Source of the DNA: Promethearchaeati archaeon
GTDB lineage: Archaea; Asgardarchaeota; Heimdallarchaeia; JABLTI01
NCBI GenBank assembly: GCA_013166835.1
Contig: JABLTI010000091.1
Span: 1-10,853, forward strand
Direction of reading: 5' to 3'
Length of the DNA stretch: 10,853 nucleotides
The position numbers and the translations under genes were made by a program. Shown here piece after piece: positions 1 through 8,138 of this stretch. The notes beneath the pieces were generated by a model. It had not been told where the DNA came from, searched no databases, and saw nothing but the letters and a program-made list of their open reading frames with translations. How positions within the stretch are numbered: position 1 is the stretch's first letter; each line of letters begins with the position of its first letter.

Positions 1-528
1 GGTGCTCCAACTGACACTCGAGGAATAACTGCTGAAGGAAGGGAATTAATTCTAGAAGCAAATAAATTAGGGGTTATTGTGGATGTCTCTCATTTATCAG
101 ATAAAAGCTTCTGGGATGTCCTTGAGGTATCAAAGAAACCAATAATAGCTTCTCATTCATGTTGTAGAGCAATTTCACCCCATGTTCGAAACCTAACAGA
201 TGAAATGCTAAAAGCTCTGGCAGACAACGGTGGAGTAATGGGAATCAATTTTGCCAATGCCTTTCTAAGAGAAGACTGTGGTCGTGAAGCAGATACGCCT
301 TATACTAAAATAATTGATCATATTGATCACGTTGTTAATTTGGTTGGTCCTGATTATGTTGGTTTTGGTAGTGATTTTGATGGAACAGGAGTTCCTGACG
401 AAGTCAAAGATGTCACAGGCTTTAACAAATTAGTAAAGGAATTGGAAAGAAGAAAGTATTCAGAAGAAGATATCAATAAAATCTGTCATGGAAATTTTCA
501 AAGAATATTCAAAAAAGTTTGGAAATAA
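1..528 (+). CDS. Membrane/renal dipeptidase family (peptidase M19), 5'-truncated by the window edge
   Basis: Frame 1 is open from base 1 (GAPTDTRGITAEGRELILEANKLGVIVDVSH). It contains the M19 motifs DVSH, IIASHS, RNLTDE, GGVMGI, DHIDH and VGFGSDFDG. Stop TAA at 526-528. The GTG at 79 is an internal Val. Confidence 0.93.
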   Translation, partial: GAPTDTRGITAEGRELILEANKLGVIVDVSHLSDKSFWDVLEVSKKPIIASHSCCRAISPHVRNLTDEMLKALADNGGVMGINFANAFLREDCGREADTPYTKIIDHIDHVVNLVGPDYVGFGSDFDGTGVPDEVKDVTGFNKLVKELERRKYSEEDINKICHGNFQRIFKKVWK

Positions 529-535
529 TGGCAGA

Positions 536-3500
536 TTATTTCTGATCCTTAGGTAATTGAATAATAACTGTTGTTCCTTTACCTTCTTCACTCTCTAACG
601 TGAGTTCGCCACCATGTGCTTGGACAATTTTCAATATAATTAGCATACCAAAAGAAGAATATCTCATAGTTGTCCAAGATTCAATGATTTCTTCCTTCTT
701 ATCTTTAGGAATCCCTTTGCCATCATCCTTCACTATTATCTTATAGAAATTCTTGTAATCTTTCGCACTAATTTCTACTTTGTAAGCTTCAGCATGTTTA
801 TAGACATTCATTAGTAAATTCTCAAGGACTTGACGCAGCTTTATTGGATCACCAGTGATTTTTGGTAGTTTACCAACCTCAATTTTCAAGTTAGGTTCAA
901 GTGATGTTATTTTCTCTGAAATTTCATTTACCATTGTGTTCAAGTTGACAACCTTGAAATCACCTAAGAGTTCACCTTTCTTTGCTAATAAAAGCAAATC
1001 TTCAATGAAAGCAGACATCTCCTCTATGCTATCCCCAATTCTATCACTATATTCGGAATCTGTCATTGAATTGTAAAGAGAGATTACTTGCATTTTACCT
1101 CTCAAGTCATGGGCAATTGTAGATGCAAAAGACTCTAATTCATCCCTTTGTTTAAACAATTCTTCTTGTTGTTCTCTCATCTGTTCTTCTGTTTGAATTC
1201 TCTCAGAAATGTCAGTTATTACTGCAAAACTTCCTCTATAGTTCCCTTCTGAGTCAAAAACAGGTTGAGGTGAAATAATCGTAGGTATTAAGGTTTTGTC
1301 TTTCTTTACCCAACTGATTTCATATGATTCCAATTCTCCATTTCCTCTTTTTATTGAATGTTCCGCATAGAAATGTCTGTTTTCCTCATCAAGAAATTCA
1401 CTGACTTTATGTCCAATCATTTCTTCTTCATCGTAACCAAGCATAAGACATAACTTTCTATTAACATAGGTGAAAACACCGATCTCATTATCCACAGCTA
1501 AACCATCATTCATGGTTTCAATTAATGTTCTGAATCGCTCCTCGCTATCAAGTAATTCTTCTTCTGCTAGCTTTCTTAATAATGCAACAGAAGCTTGCTG
1601 GGCAAAGGCTTCAACAAGTTGTGGATTTTCAATTTCATGTCCTTCTTGCATAATTAGAAGAACATTACCTAACAATCTGCTTTTACGCATAAAAGCAACA
1701 GAATAAATTTTATCTGTTTTCAATAATCTTCGCAAAGGTTTTACTGCTTGTTTTGGAAATTCTCCATCTGTTAGTTCAGCGAGATCTACTTCTACTTCTG
1801 AAATGCCAGTTTTAGTTAATTTCTTTCTAGTTTTTTCCTTTACCTTAAATGTCATACCTACTGGATTTCTTCCAAGAAAATTAAGAACATTACCAATTCT
1901 CCTGCCTAAACCCAAAACTGCTCGAACATGATAGTCTATTGTAGATTCATTAAATGAGGTTACAACTGTTATTGCCTTGCCAGCAAGTTCCCTCATTCTT
2001 TCCGCAATATATTGATATATATCTAACTCTGAAGAAAAACCAATAAAATCTGTTGCTGTTTGTGATAAGAATGTTAAATTATCAACATATTCTTGCTCTT
2101 CTTCTTTAGCCATTCTCTTCTCTGTTATATCTTGGAATGTCGCTACGCATGAACCAAGAATTGTTTGAAAAACTCTAACTTCATATGAACCTGTGATTTT
2201 GTCATCAGTATAATCAACATTCTCAGAGTTCCAAGTTCCACCTTTCAAAGCTATCTGTTTATAGATTTTAGGGAGTTCTGTATCTGCTGATGAAGGAAAT
2301 GCTTCCTCAATTGTTTTACCAATTAAATCACTATGTTTAATCTTTAATATTTCATCAGCAGATGGATTTCCACCTTGGAAAATGAGTTGTCCATTTTGAT
2401 TCATACTATAAATATGGATACCTAATGGGGATGAGTAAATTATCTGTCTATACCTTTCTTCACTATTCATTAATTCATCTTGAGTTTGGTTTCTTAAAAT
2501 AGCTACAGAAGCTTGACTTGCAAAAGCTTCGATTAGATTTCTGTTCTTCAGTTCATGACCTTTCTTTACTAGAATTAAAAGCCCACCAACAATTTGTGTG
2601 CCTTTATTAAACGTAGTAGTATAAACCTTATCAATCTTCAAAAGACTGTAGATTGCTTTACATGCTTTCTTTGAAATAGATCCAACGGAGAGTTCACTCA
2701 AATCCTCTTCAACTAGAGTTAATTTGCCAAAAGGAGTTTTTTTCATAAATTCAATATTCAATTTAGCTTCAACTTTGTATGGATCTTTGCCAACTAGTTT
2801 TGCAATTGCTTTGTAATGATCTTTAATTCCCAGTAACGATTTAATATTAAATATTTCTTTTTCTTGATCAAATGAAGCAGTTATAATATAAGCATCACCT
2901 GCTAAATCTTTTACTTGTTCAGCAATATATTGATAGATATCTTTAGAAAATGTTCGTCCTACAAAATGCATTGCTGAATTCGAGAGAAATAGTAAATCGT
3001 TTATTCTTTTTAATCGTACCTCTTCCATTAATTTGCGGGAAGTTATATCTCGAATAACTCCTTGAACAAATTTCTTACCTCCAATTTTAATTAGTGATGC
3101 TGATAATTCGCCAAACATTTTTTCTCCGTTTTTCTTTATCATATAAACTTCTGCTTCAACGGAATTTGTTTTTTCGATTTGCTCAAATGCTGCTTTAGCT
3201 ATCTCTTGCCCTTCTAATGATGTAAAATCAAGAAGATTCATATTTAGAATTTCTTCCTTGGAATAACCAAAAATTTCCGTAGTTCTTACATTTACATTAA
3301 GAATATTTCCTTGTAAATCATGGAGAAAAACTGCATCATTTGATTTATGAAAGAGATTACTATATTGTTCTGCGATTTCTCTTAATTCTTGTTCAGTTTT
3401 CTTTTCTTCAGTAATATCTCTAATTACTGTAATTGTTCGGACAACACCCCCATTCTCAATAACTGGGATTTTTCTAACTTCTGTTATTATTGGATGGTTA

Positions 3501-5098
3501 TTTAATACATTAGTTTCTATAGATGAAAGTGGTCTACAGGTACTCATTACTTGTTGATATTCCTCCCTAACATTTTCACTTAGAAATGGAAAGGCATCGA
3601 ATATTTTCTTACCTATTATATCTGTTTTAACATTTAGCTCTTCTAACCATTTTGTTAAGGCATTGTTTATAAGCACAATTTCTAAGTTCTCATCTACTAC
3701 ATGTAAAGGAACACCTAAAGAATTTATAGTAGATTCATATTGTTTCTCAGATGCAAGAATTGTTGCTTCTGCATTAACTTGATTTGTAATGTCTACACCT
3801 GAGCTTAAAACACCTACAACACGGTTATTATTATCTTTAATGACATTTGATTTCCAGGAGATAATTCTCTCTTTGCCATCTTTTGTGATTATTGGATTTT
3901 CATAATTTATAGCTGGATCTATTCCTCCAAGTATAATATCAGTGAATCTTTGTTTTACTTCGTTTTTCAATCTATTTGGAACAAAATCTTCTATCCAATC
4001 TTTTCCAACTATATCACACTCTTCCAATCCTAAAATCTGGCAACCTCTCTTATTGATCATTTGAATTTTAGCAGTAGGATCTAAAACATTGATTATAACA
4101 TCCACAACATCTAGATATGTTTGTGTTCTATTTTGTTCTTCCAATAGTTCGATATTAGTCTGTTGTTGCAAGTTAAATAATCTGGCATTCTGAATAGCAA
4201 CAGCAGCTACATTTGCTAGAGCTGATAACAAATCAATATCTTGTTTTGAATAGGCGTTAACGTCATAACTTTGTACCTCAATAACTCCAATTGTATCTCC
4301 ACCAATTTTCATTGGAACGTAAATAGCTGATTTTGTATATTCGCCTTCATGATGAGTTTTCTTATTAGTAACAGGGTCTTGTTTTACTATCCTGCGCAAA
4401 TCTGGAAGATAAAGATGATCTCCAGTAGTTATGACCTTGCTTTGAATTTCACTCTCTTTATGATTTAAAGGTAAAGCTGGAAAAATAGTAATATCTAAAG
4501 CCTTTCCTTCAATAAGAGCGAATCCTGGAGAAATAGTTTGTTTTTCTTTTTCGTAGAATGAAACTACGAATGTATCTGCATCCATTATTGTATAAATATA
4601 TTGGAAAATTGTCTTGTAAATTTTATTTAAATCACGGGTCTCTCCAAGAGTAAGAGCAAGCTTATTAATGGAAATCTGTTGATCAAGGAGGTGTCTTCGT
4701 AATTTGTCAGCTTGTTTTTTCTCATATAATTTATCTATGAGATTATCAAGTTCATGGAATTGACTTGTTTTTTCCCCGCCTTTTTGTAGATAAAAATCAG
4801 CCCCAAGATTCAAAGCTTGAATTGCTACTTCTTCTCTTCCCTTTCCTGTAAAAATAATGAAAGGTATTTCATTACCTGCATCTCTAACAACAGAAAGAAA
4901 CTCTAAACCATTCATAATAGGCATTTGATAATCAGAGATAATAACATCAAATTCATCTTCTTTAATCATCTCAAGTGCTTTAACCGCAGAATCAACTGTA
5001 ATGATATTGAATTTTTCATTCATTTTTTCTAGATAGATTTTAGAAACTTCGAGCAAAGTTTCCTCATCGTCTACAAGCAATATTTTAATCTCCGGCAC
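536..5098 (-). CDS. Soluble hybrid multi-sensor histidine kinase: REC-GAF-PAS-PAS-PAS-GAF-like-PAS-GAF-like-PAS-HisKA-HATPase_c
   Basis: The REC domain has LLVDDE, the phospho-Asp56 (IISDYQMP), FTGKG and YLQKG. The GAF ends in LANVAAVAIQNARLF. Five PAS/PAC units end in DIT/DIS motifs. H-box IAHDLR (His1330), N-box QVLENLLMNVYKHA, G1 DDGKGI and terminal GKGTT are present. GTG start with GGTG about 7 nt upstream. No obvious transmembrane helix. Confidence 0.95.
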   Translation of the reverse strand: MPEIKILLVDDEETLLEVSKIYLEKMNEKFNIITVDSAVKALEMIKEDEFDVIISDYQMPIMNGLEFLSVVRDAGNEIPFIIFTGKGREEVAIQALNLGADFYLQKGGEKTSQFHELDNLIDKLYEKKQADKLRRHLLDQQISINKLALTLGETRDLNKIYKTIFQYIYTIMDADTFVVSFYEKEKQTISPGFALIEGKALDITIFPALPLNHKESEIQSKVITTGDHLYLPDLRRIVKQDPVTNKKTHHEGEYTKSAIYVPMKIGGDTIGVIEVQSYDVNAYSKQDIDLLSALANVAAVAIQNARLFNLQQQTNIELLEEQNRTQTYLDVVDVIINVLDPTAKIQMINKRGCQILGLEECDIVGKDWIEDFVPNRLKNEVKQRFTDIILGGIDPAINYENPIITKDGKERIISWKSNVIKDNNNRVVGVLSSGVDITNQVNAEATILASEKQYESTINSLGVPLHVVDENLEIVLINNALTKWLEELNVKTDIIGKKIFDAFPFLSENVREEYQQVMSTCRPLSSIETNVLNNHPIITEVRKIPVIENGGVVRTITVIRDITEEKKTEQELREIAEQYSNLFHKSNDAVFLHDLQGNILNVNVRTTEIFGYSKEEILNMNLLDFTSLEGQEIAKAAFEQIEKTNSVEAEVYMIKKNGEKMFGELSASLIKIGGKKFVQGVIRDITSRKLMEEVRLKRINDLLFLSNSAMHFVGRTFSKDIYQYIAEQVKDLAGDAYIITASFDQEKEIFNIKSLLGIKDHYKAIAKLVGKDPYKVEAKLNIEFMKKTPFGKLTLVEEDLSELSVGSISKKACKAIYSLLKIDKVYTTTFNKGTQIVGGLLILVKKGHELKNRNLIEAFASQASVAILRNQTQDELMNSEERYRQIIYSSPLGIHIYSMNQNGQLIFQGGNPSADEILKIKHSDLIGKTIEEAFPSSADTELPKIYKQIALKGGTWNSENVDYTDDKITGSYEVRVFQTILGSCVATFQDITEKRMAKEEEQEYVDNLTFLSQTATDFIGFSSELDIYQYIAERMRELAGKAITVVTSFNESTIDYHVRAVLGLGRRIGNVLNFLGRNPVGMTFKVKEKTRKKLTKTGISEVEVDLAELTDGEFPKQAVKPLRRLLKTDKIYSVAFMRKSRLLGNVLLIMQEGHEIENPQLVEAFAQQASVALLRKLAEEELLDSEERFRTLIETMNDGLAVDNEIGVFTYVNRKLCLMLGYDEEEMIGHKVSEFLDEENRHFYAEHSIKRGNGELESYEISWVKKDKTLIPTIISPQPVFDSEGNYRGSFAVITDISERIQTEEQMREQQEELFKQRDELESFASTIAHDLRGKMQVISLYNSMTDSEYSDRIGDSIEEMSAFIEDLLLLAKKGELLGDFKVVNLNTMVNEISEKITSLEPNLKIEVGKLPKITGDPIKLRQVLENLLMNVYKHAEAYKVEISAKDYKNFYKIIVKDDGKGIPKDKKEEIIESWTTMRYSSFGMLIILKIVQAHGGELTLESEEGKGTTVIIQLPKDQK

Positions 5099-5205
5099 GA
5101 TAAAACACCGTTTCGAGAATAATGTTCTCTTTCTGATTTCACTTTTCCAAATAATTTTTGAGATTATATCATTTTTTCTTAATGCAATCTCATGTACATC
5201 TAATC

Positions 5206-5217
5206 AAAAATAAAAAA
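5206..5217 (-). terminator. Possible oligo-T terminator downstream of the SDR gene
   Basis: The minus strand reads TTTTTTATTTTT about 55 nt after the SDR stop. Archaeal terminators are T-tracts, but the AT-rich background makes this weak. Confidence 0.3.
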
Positions 5218-5273
5218 GGAATATCAATAAGTCTTCTATAGCGGCAAAAGATTTCATTAAATTTAACTATATT

Positions 5274-6341
5274 CTACTCCTTAAGTTGATCTTCCCATTT
5301 TCTTACAAGAGTTACTTTCTTGTTTTCGTAATCAATGTATTTGTGTTCATTTAACCAATTCACAGATTCTCGTATTACTTTTTTACCATCTGTGTATTTT
5401 GGTGCCCAATCAAGATCTTTCTTGATTTTTGAAATATCCAGAATCCTAGTATTGCCATATCGCATAACTCGATACCGTGTCAAAGTTGGTTTTCCAATAC
5501 CCTTCCTTTTTGCAGATATTTCCTTAAACCATGCATATATCATGACAACCCAACGTGGATAATTAGGAATCTTAAAATCAGATTTTATAGCTTCTTTATG
5601 TACAAACCAATAATCCTTTTGTGAAATATCAAAACTTTTGATATTATAGGCATTGCCATTTGCTTCTTCTCGAATACCAATTGATATAATTGCTCGAGCA
5701 GCATCTCTAACATCAACTCCAGAGTAAAAGTTCTTGCCATGTCCAACCATTTTCACTTCTTCATCAAAAAAGGCTTGAACAACTCGAGGTGTTGTTAATG
5801 TATCACTTGGACCAAGTATCATTGGTAATCTAGCAACAGTGACTGGAAGATTGTGTTTCTTCTGATAATTCCAAGCAATTTGTTCAGAAACTTGTTTTGA
5901 TTTATGATAATCATTTGTGGGATTAAACGGTTGATCCTCTTTCATAGGTTTAGGTTTAACCTTATAACCATAAACTCCCCAAGTACTAACAAAGACAAAT
6001 TTTTTCGCCGTCTTTTCTTTAGTATATGCATCCAATAGCGCTTCAGTTCCCTCTACGTTTACCTTTTGCAACATTTCCGGAGAGACTTGATCTAATACGA
6101 CAGCACCTAGATGAAAAACAAGTGATTTACCTTTTACTGCATTCTTTAAAGACTCATGATCAGTTAAATCTCCGATAACCAATCCCACATCTAGTTTCTT
6201 CAAATCATCAATGTTACTATTTTCTCGAACTAGAACAAAAATATCTTTCTTATCTATTCCCCATTCTTCTTTATTTTCAACTAGTTCTTTTACTAGATTC
6301 CCCCCAACAAAACCAGAGCCGCCTGTTATTAGAATTGCCAT
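5274..6341 (-). CDS. Extended SDR, NAD(P)-dependent epimerase/dehydratase (3-beta-HSD/OleD-like subgroup)
   Basis: Rossmann motif ITGGSGFVG, then GDLTD, VFHLGA, VNVEGT, FVFVSTWGVYG, catalytic YHKSK (YxxxK) and RLPMILGPSD. GGTGA lies 10 nt upstream of the ATG. Confidence 0.92.
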   Translation of the reverse strand: MAILITGGSGFVGGNLVKELVENKEEWGIDKKDIFVLVRENSNIDDLKKLDVGLVIGDLTDHESLKNAVKGKSLVFHLGAVVLDQVSPEMLQKVNVEGTEALLDAYTKEKTAKKFVFVSTWGVYGYKVKPKPMKEDQPFNPTNDYHKSKQVSEQIAWNYQKKHNLPVTVARLPMILGPSDTLTTPRVVQAFFDEEVKMVGHGKNFYSGVDVRDAARAIISIGIREEANGNAYNIKSFDISQKDYWFVHKEAIKSDFKIPNYPRWVVMIYAWFKEISAKRKGIGKPTLTRYRVMRYGNTRILDISKIKKDLDWAPKYTDGKKVIRESVNWLNEHKYIDYENKKVTLVRKWEDQLKE

Positions 6342-6390
6342 CTACAATTTTCACCATTATCTCATGTTTGTGTAAGTCTTAGAGCAAGAG

Positions 6391-6480
6391 TTTTTAAAAA
6401 TTTCCAGAAATAAAGCTATCTGGAGAAGTTATAAGAATAAGAAAAATCAAATATTCTCGTCAGTTAAATACTTATATAAA
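6391..6480. promoter_or_regulatory. Divergent promoter region between the SDR and KaiC-like genes
   Basis: TTATATAAA at 6472-6480 lies about 50 nt upstream of ATG 6530. The minus strand has GGAAA-TTTTTAAAAA (BRE/TATA-like, 6405-6391) about 50 nt upstream of the SDR ATG. An inverted repeat TCCAGA-N10-TCTGGA is at 6403-6424. Confidence 0.45.
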
Positions 6481-6529
6481 AGAACACGAAATATAGTTAG
6501 GATAATAATTAATTGTTACATTTGTTGGC

Positions 6530-7285
6530 ATGGAGGAAAAAGTTGTGTCTCAAAATGAAATTACCCCTGCGAGATTTGGTCTGCCAGTATTGGATGCTGC
6601 TCTTGGAGGAGGAGTGCCTAGAGGATCAGTAATTTTGCTTGAAGATGAAATCGGTGTAGAAGCTGATCTTGTGGCTTTACACTTTCTAACAGAAGGGTTG
6701 CGTGGGGGAGAAACTGGCTATGTTCTGAGCACAGAGCATCCCTACAAATATTATGTCGATAATTTACGAACCCTAGGTGTGAATGCTGAAATTCTTCTTG
6801 AAACAGAAAGAATGGTCTTTATTGATGCATTTACTAATCCTTATGGTTATTCAGATATGCGATCAGAATTCAAGAATGTAGTAAATAACCTTACTCAACC
6901 TCGAGTAATAAGTGAATCAATTAGAAGAGCATTATTGCATACTCAAACTCAGAATATTCCCTGTAGAGGTCTTATAGACAGTGCTTCTGCAATTTTACTT
7001 GCAAGTGAGAATGTGAGAACTGCTTTGTCTTTCGTACAGAATCGAATTGCTTCAAACAAGGATGATGGGACTGTAACAATTATGACATTGCATCGTGATA
7101 TTCACTTTGATCATGATTTACGAGCTCTTGAGCATTTAGTGGATGGAGTAATTAGCATTACACTTGGTGATGATACTTATAGTACAGTTAAAATCGTAAA
7201 AATGAGAGGTTCTCACACCTATAGTAAGAAACCAATGGCAATGACTGTATCTGCTGGACAATTATCGATCATGGAAATGCAATAA
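6530..7285 (+). CDS. Single-domain KaiC/RAD55/GvpD-like RecA-superfamily protein with degenerate Walker A (probable pseudo-ATPase)
   Basis: N-terminal FGLPVLDAALGGGVPRGSVILL is typical of KaiC/RAD55. Also STE, FIDAF, Walker B GLIDS, LEHLVDGVI and IVKMRGS. The P-loop position reads DEIGVEAD instead of GxxGxGK[T/S]. Confidence 0.88.
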   Translation: MEEKVVSQNEITPARFGLPVLDAALGGGVPRGSVILLEDEIGVEADLVALHFLTEGLRGGETGYVLSTEHPYKYYVDNLRTLGVNAEILLETERMVFIDAFTNPYGYSDMRSEFKNVVNNLTQPRVISESIRRALLHTQTQNIPCRGLIDSASAILLASENVRTALSFVQNRIASNKDDGTVTIMTLHRDIHFDHDLRALEHLVDGVISITLGDDTYSTVKIVKMRGSHTYSKKPMAMTVSAGQLSIMEMQ

Positions 7286-7297
7286 AAGAAATATGTT

Positions 7298-7327
7298 TGG
7301 GAATTTATTCCCACTTTTATATTTTTT
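7298..7327 (+). terminator. Hairpin plus T-tracts between convergent genes (putative terminator)
   Basis: TGGGAA-TTTA-TTCCCA (7298-7313) is followed by CTTTTATATTTTTT. It begins 13 nt after the KaiC-like stop. Confidence 0.55.
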
Positions 7328-7376
7328 AAAAAAATAGCAGTATTACTTTTTTGAGACTAATTTGACTTTACACTAA

Positions 7377-7688
7377 CTAATCAAGTAATATTTGCCAAAC
7401 ATAACCTACTTTTGTTAGTTGACCAATTATCCATCCATGTTCTTGAAGTTTTTTTAGGGCTCGATAAACACTGTCCGCAGAAGCACATGTGATACATTCT
7501 TGTTCATACTCAGGTGTTAAAGCAAGTTCAACAACACGTTTTGTTGGTATATGATTCTCTCTTGTTAAAATTGTGTAGACACAGATGAGACGTTTATCCT
7601 CAACTGTTTCATAGAGTTTTGCCAAATTTTCTTGCAATATATTTGGTTCTGTAGTATACGATCCGTTTGGATTCACCAATGTTGACAT
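7377..7688 (-). CDS. Small winged-helix protein with C-x28-C-x2-C motif (paralog 2, 103 aa)
   Basis: wHTH pattern: helix 1 CVYTIL, helix 2 TKRVVELA, recognition helix SVYRALKKLQEHGWI, wing GYVWQI. Cys36, Cys65 and Cys68. Aligns without gaps to the neighbouring ORF. Confidence 0.8.
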   Translation of the reverse strand: MSTLVNPNGSYTTEPNILQENLAKLYETVEDKRLICVYTILTRENHIPTKRVVELALTPEYEQECITCASADSVYRALKKLQEHGWIIGQLTKVGYVWQILLD

Positions 7689-7700
7689 CTCGAATTTAAA

Positions 7701-7946
7701 TTATTCAGTAATCAATAATTGCCATCGATAGCCACCTTTTCCCAATGAGGATTTGACATAACCAAGCTTTTCCAATTTTTTAATAGCTCGTAGAAATGCA
7801 TCGCCTGAAACACATCCTGTGCAAATTGCTTCGAATTCCGGAGTAACTGCATAATCTAGAATTCTTTTAGATGAAATATTGTTCTCTTTCTTTAGGATTT
7901 GATAGATGCAGTTTGCGTCTTCACCGAGTACGACGTTCTCTGTCAT
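7701..7946 (-). CDS. Small winged-helix protein with C-x28-C-x2-C motif (paralog 1, 81 aa)
   Basis: CIYQIL...SSKRILDYA...CTGC...FLRAIKKLEKLGYV...GYRWQL. Cys13, Cys42 and Cys45. The 12-nt gap to paralog 2 suggests a bicistron. Confidence 0.8.
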   Translation of the reverse strand: MTENVVLGEDANCIYQILKKENNISSKRILDYAVTPEFEAICTGCVSGDAFLRAIKKLEKLGYVKSSLGKGGYRWQLLITE

Positions 7947-8138
7947 TTTTTCTAGGTACCTGCCTTTTAAATTAAAAATATTTTAATCGTTTAAACCAAG
8001 TTTAGATTCTTACATTTAAATCCATCTGTAAGCATCAGAATATCACTGGTAAAAACAAGTATGACTGTTTTCCTTTAATAATTTAATCTAAAGAAGAATT
8101 CATATAGTCATGAAAAAGAATGAGTTTGTGAATTATAT

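Noticed and set aside
79-81. GTG start proposed by the ORF track for the dipeptidase
   Set aside because: The frame is open and M19-like from base 1, so the true start lies upstream of the window.
855-1076. 73-aa + strand ORF
   Set aside because: Antisense shadow within the kinase gene; Ser/Phe-rich with no motifs.
1470-1706. 78-aa + strand ORF
   Set aside because: Antisense shadow of the kinase gene.
5335-5562. 75-aa + strand ORF
   Set aside because: Antisense to the well-supported SDR gene.
5274-6341. Sterol-pathway 3-beta-HSD (eukaryote-like) claim
   Set aside because: This extended SDR subgroup is widespread in prokaryotes. The substrate cannot be inferred and there are no pathway neighbours.
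6530-7285. Circadian kaiC or archaellum arlH/flaH assignment
   Set aside because: Single domain with a dead P-loop, and no kaiB or arl genes nearby. No gene symbol is justified.
7377-7946. Z-alpha (Z-DNA-binding) identity for the wHTH pair, suggested by the terminal W in the wing
   Set aside because: They lack the Z-alpha N-x3-Y in helix 3 and the P-P-x-W wing. A wing Trp alone is not diagnostic.
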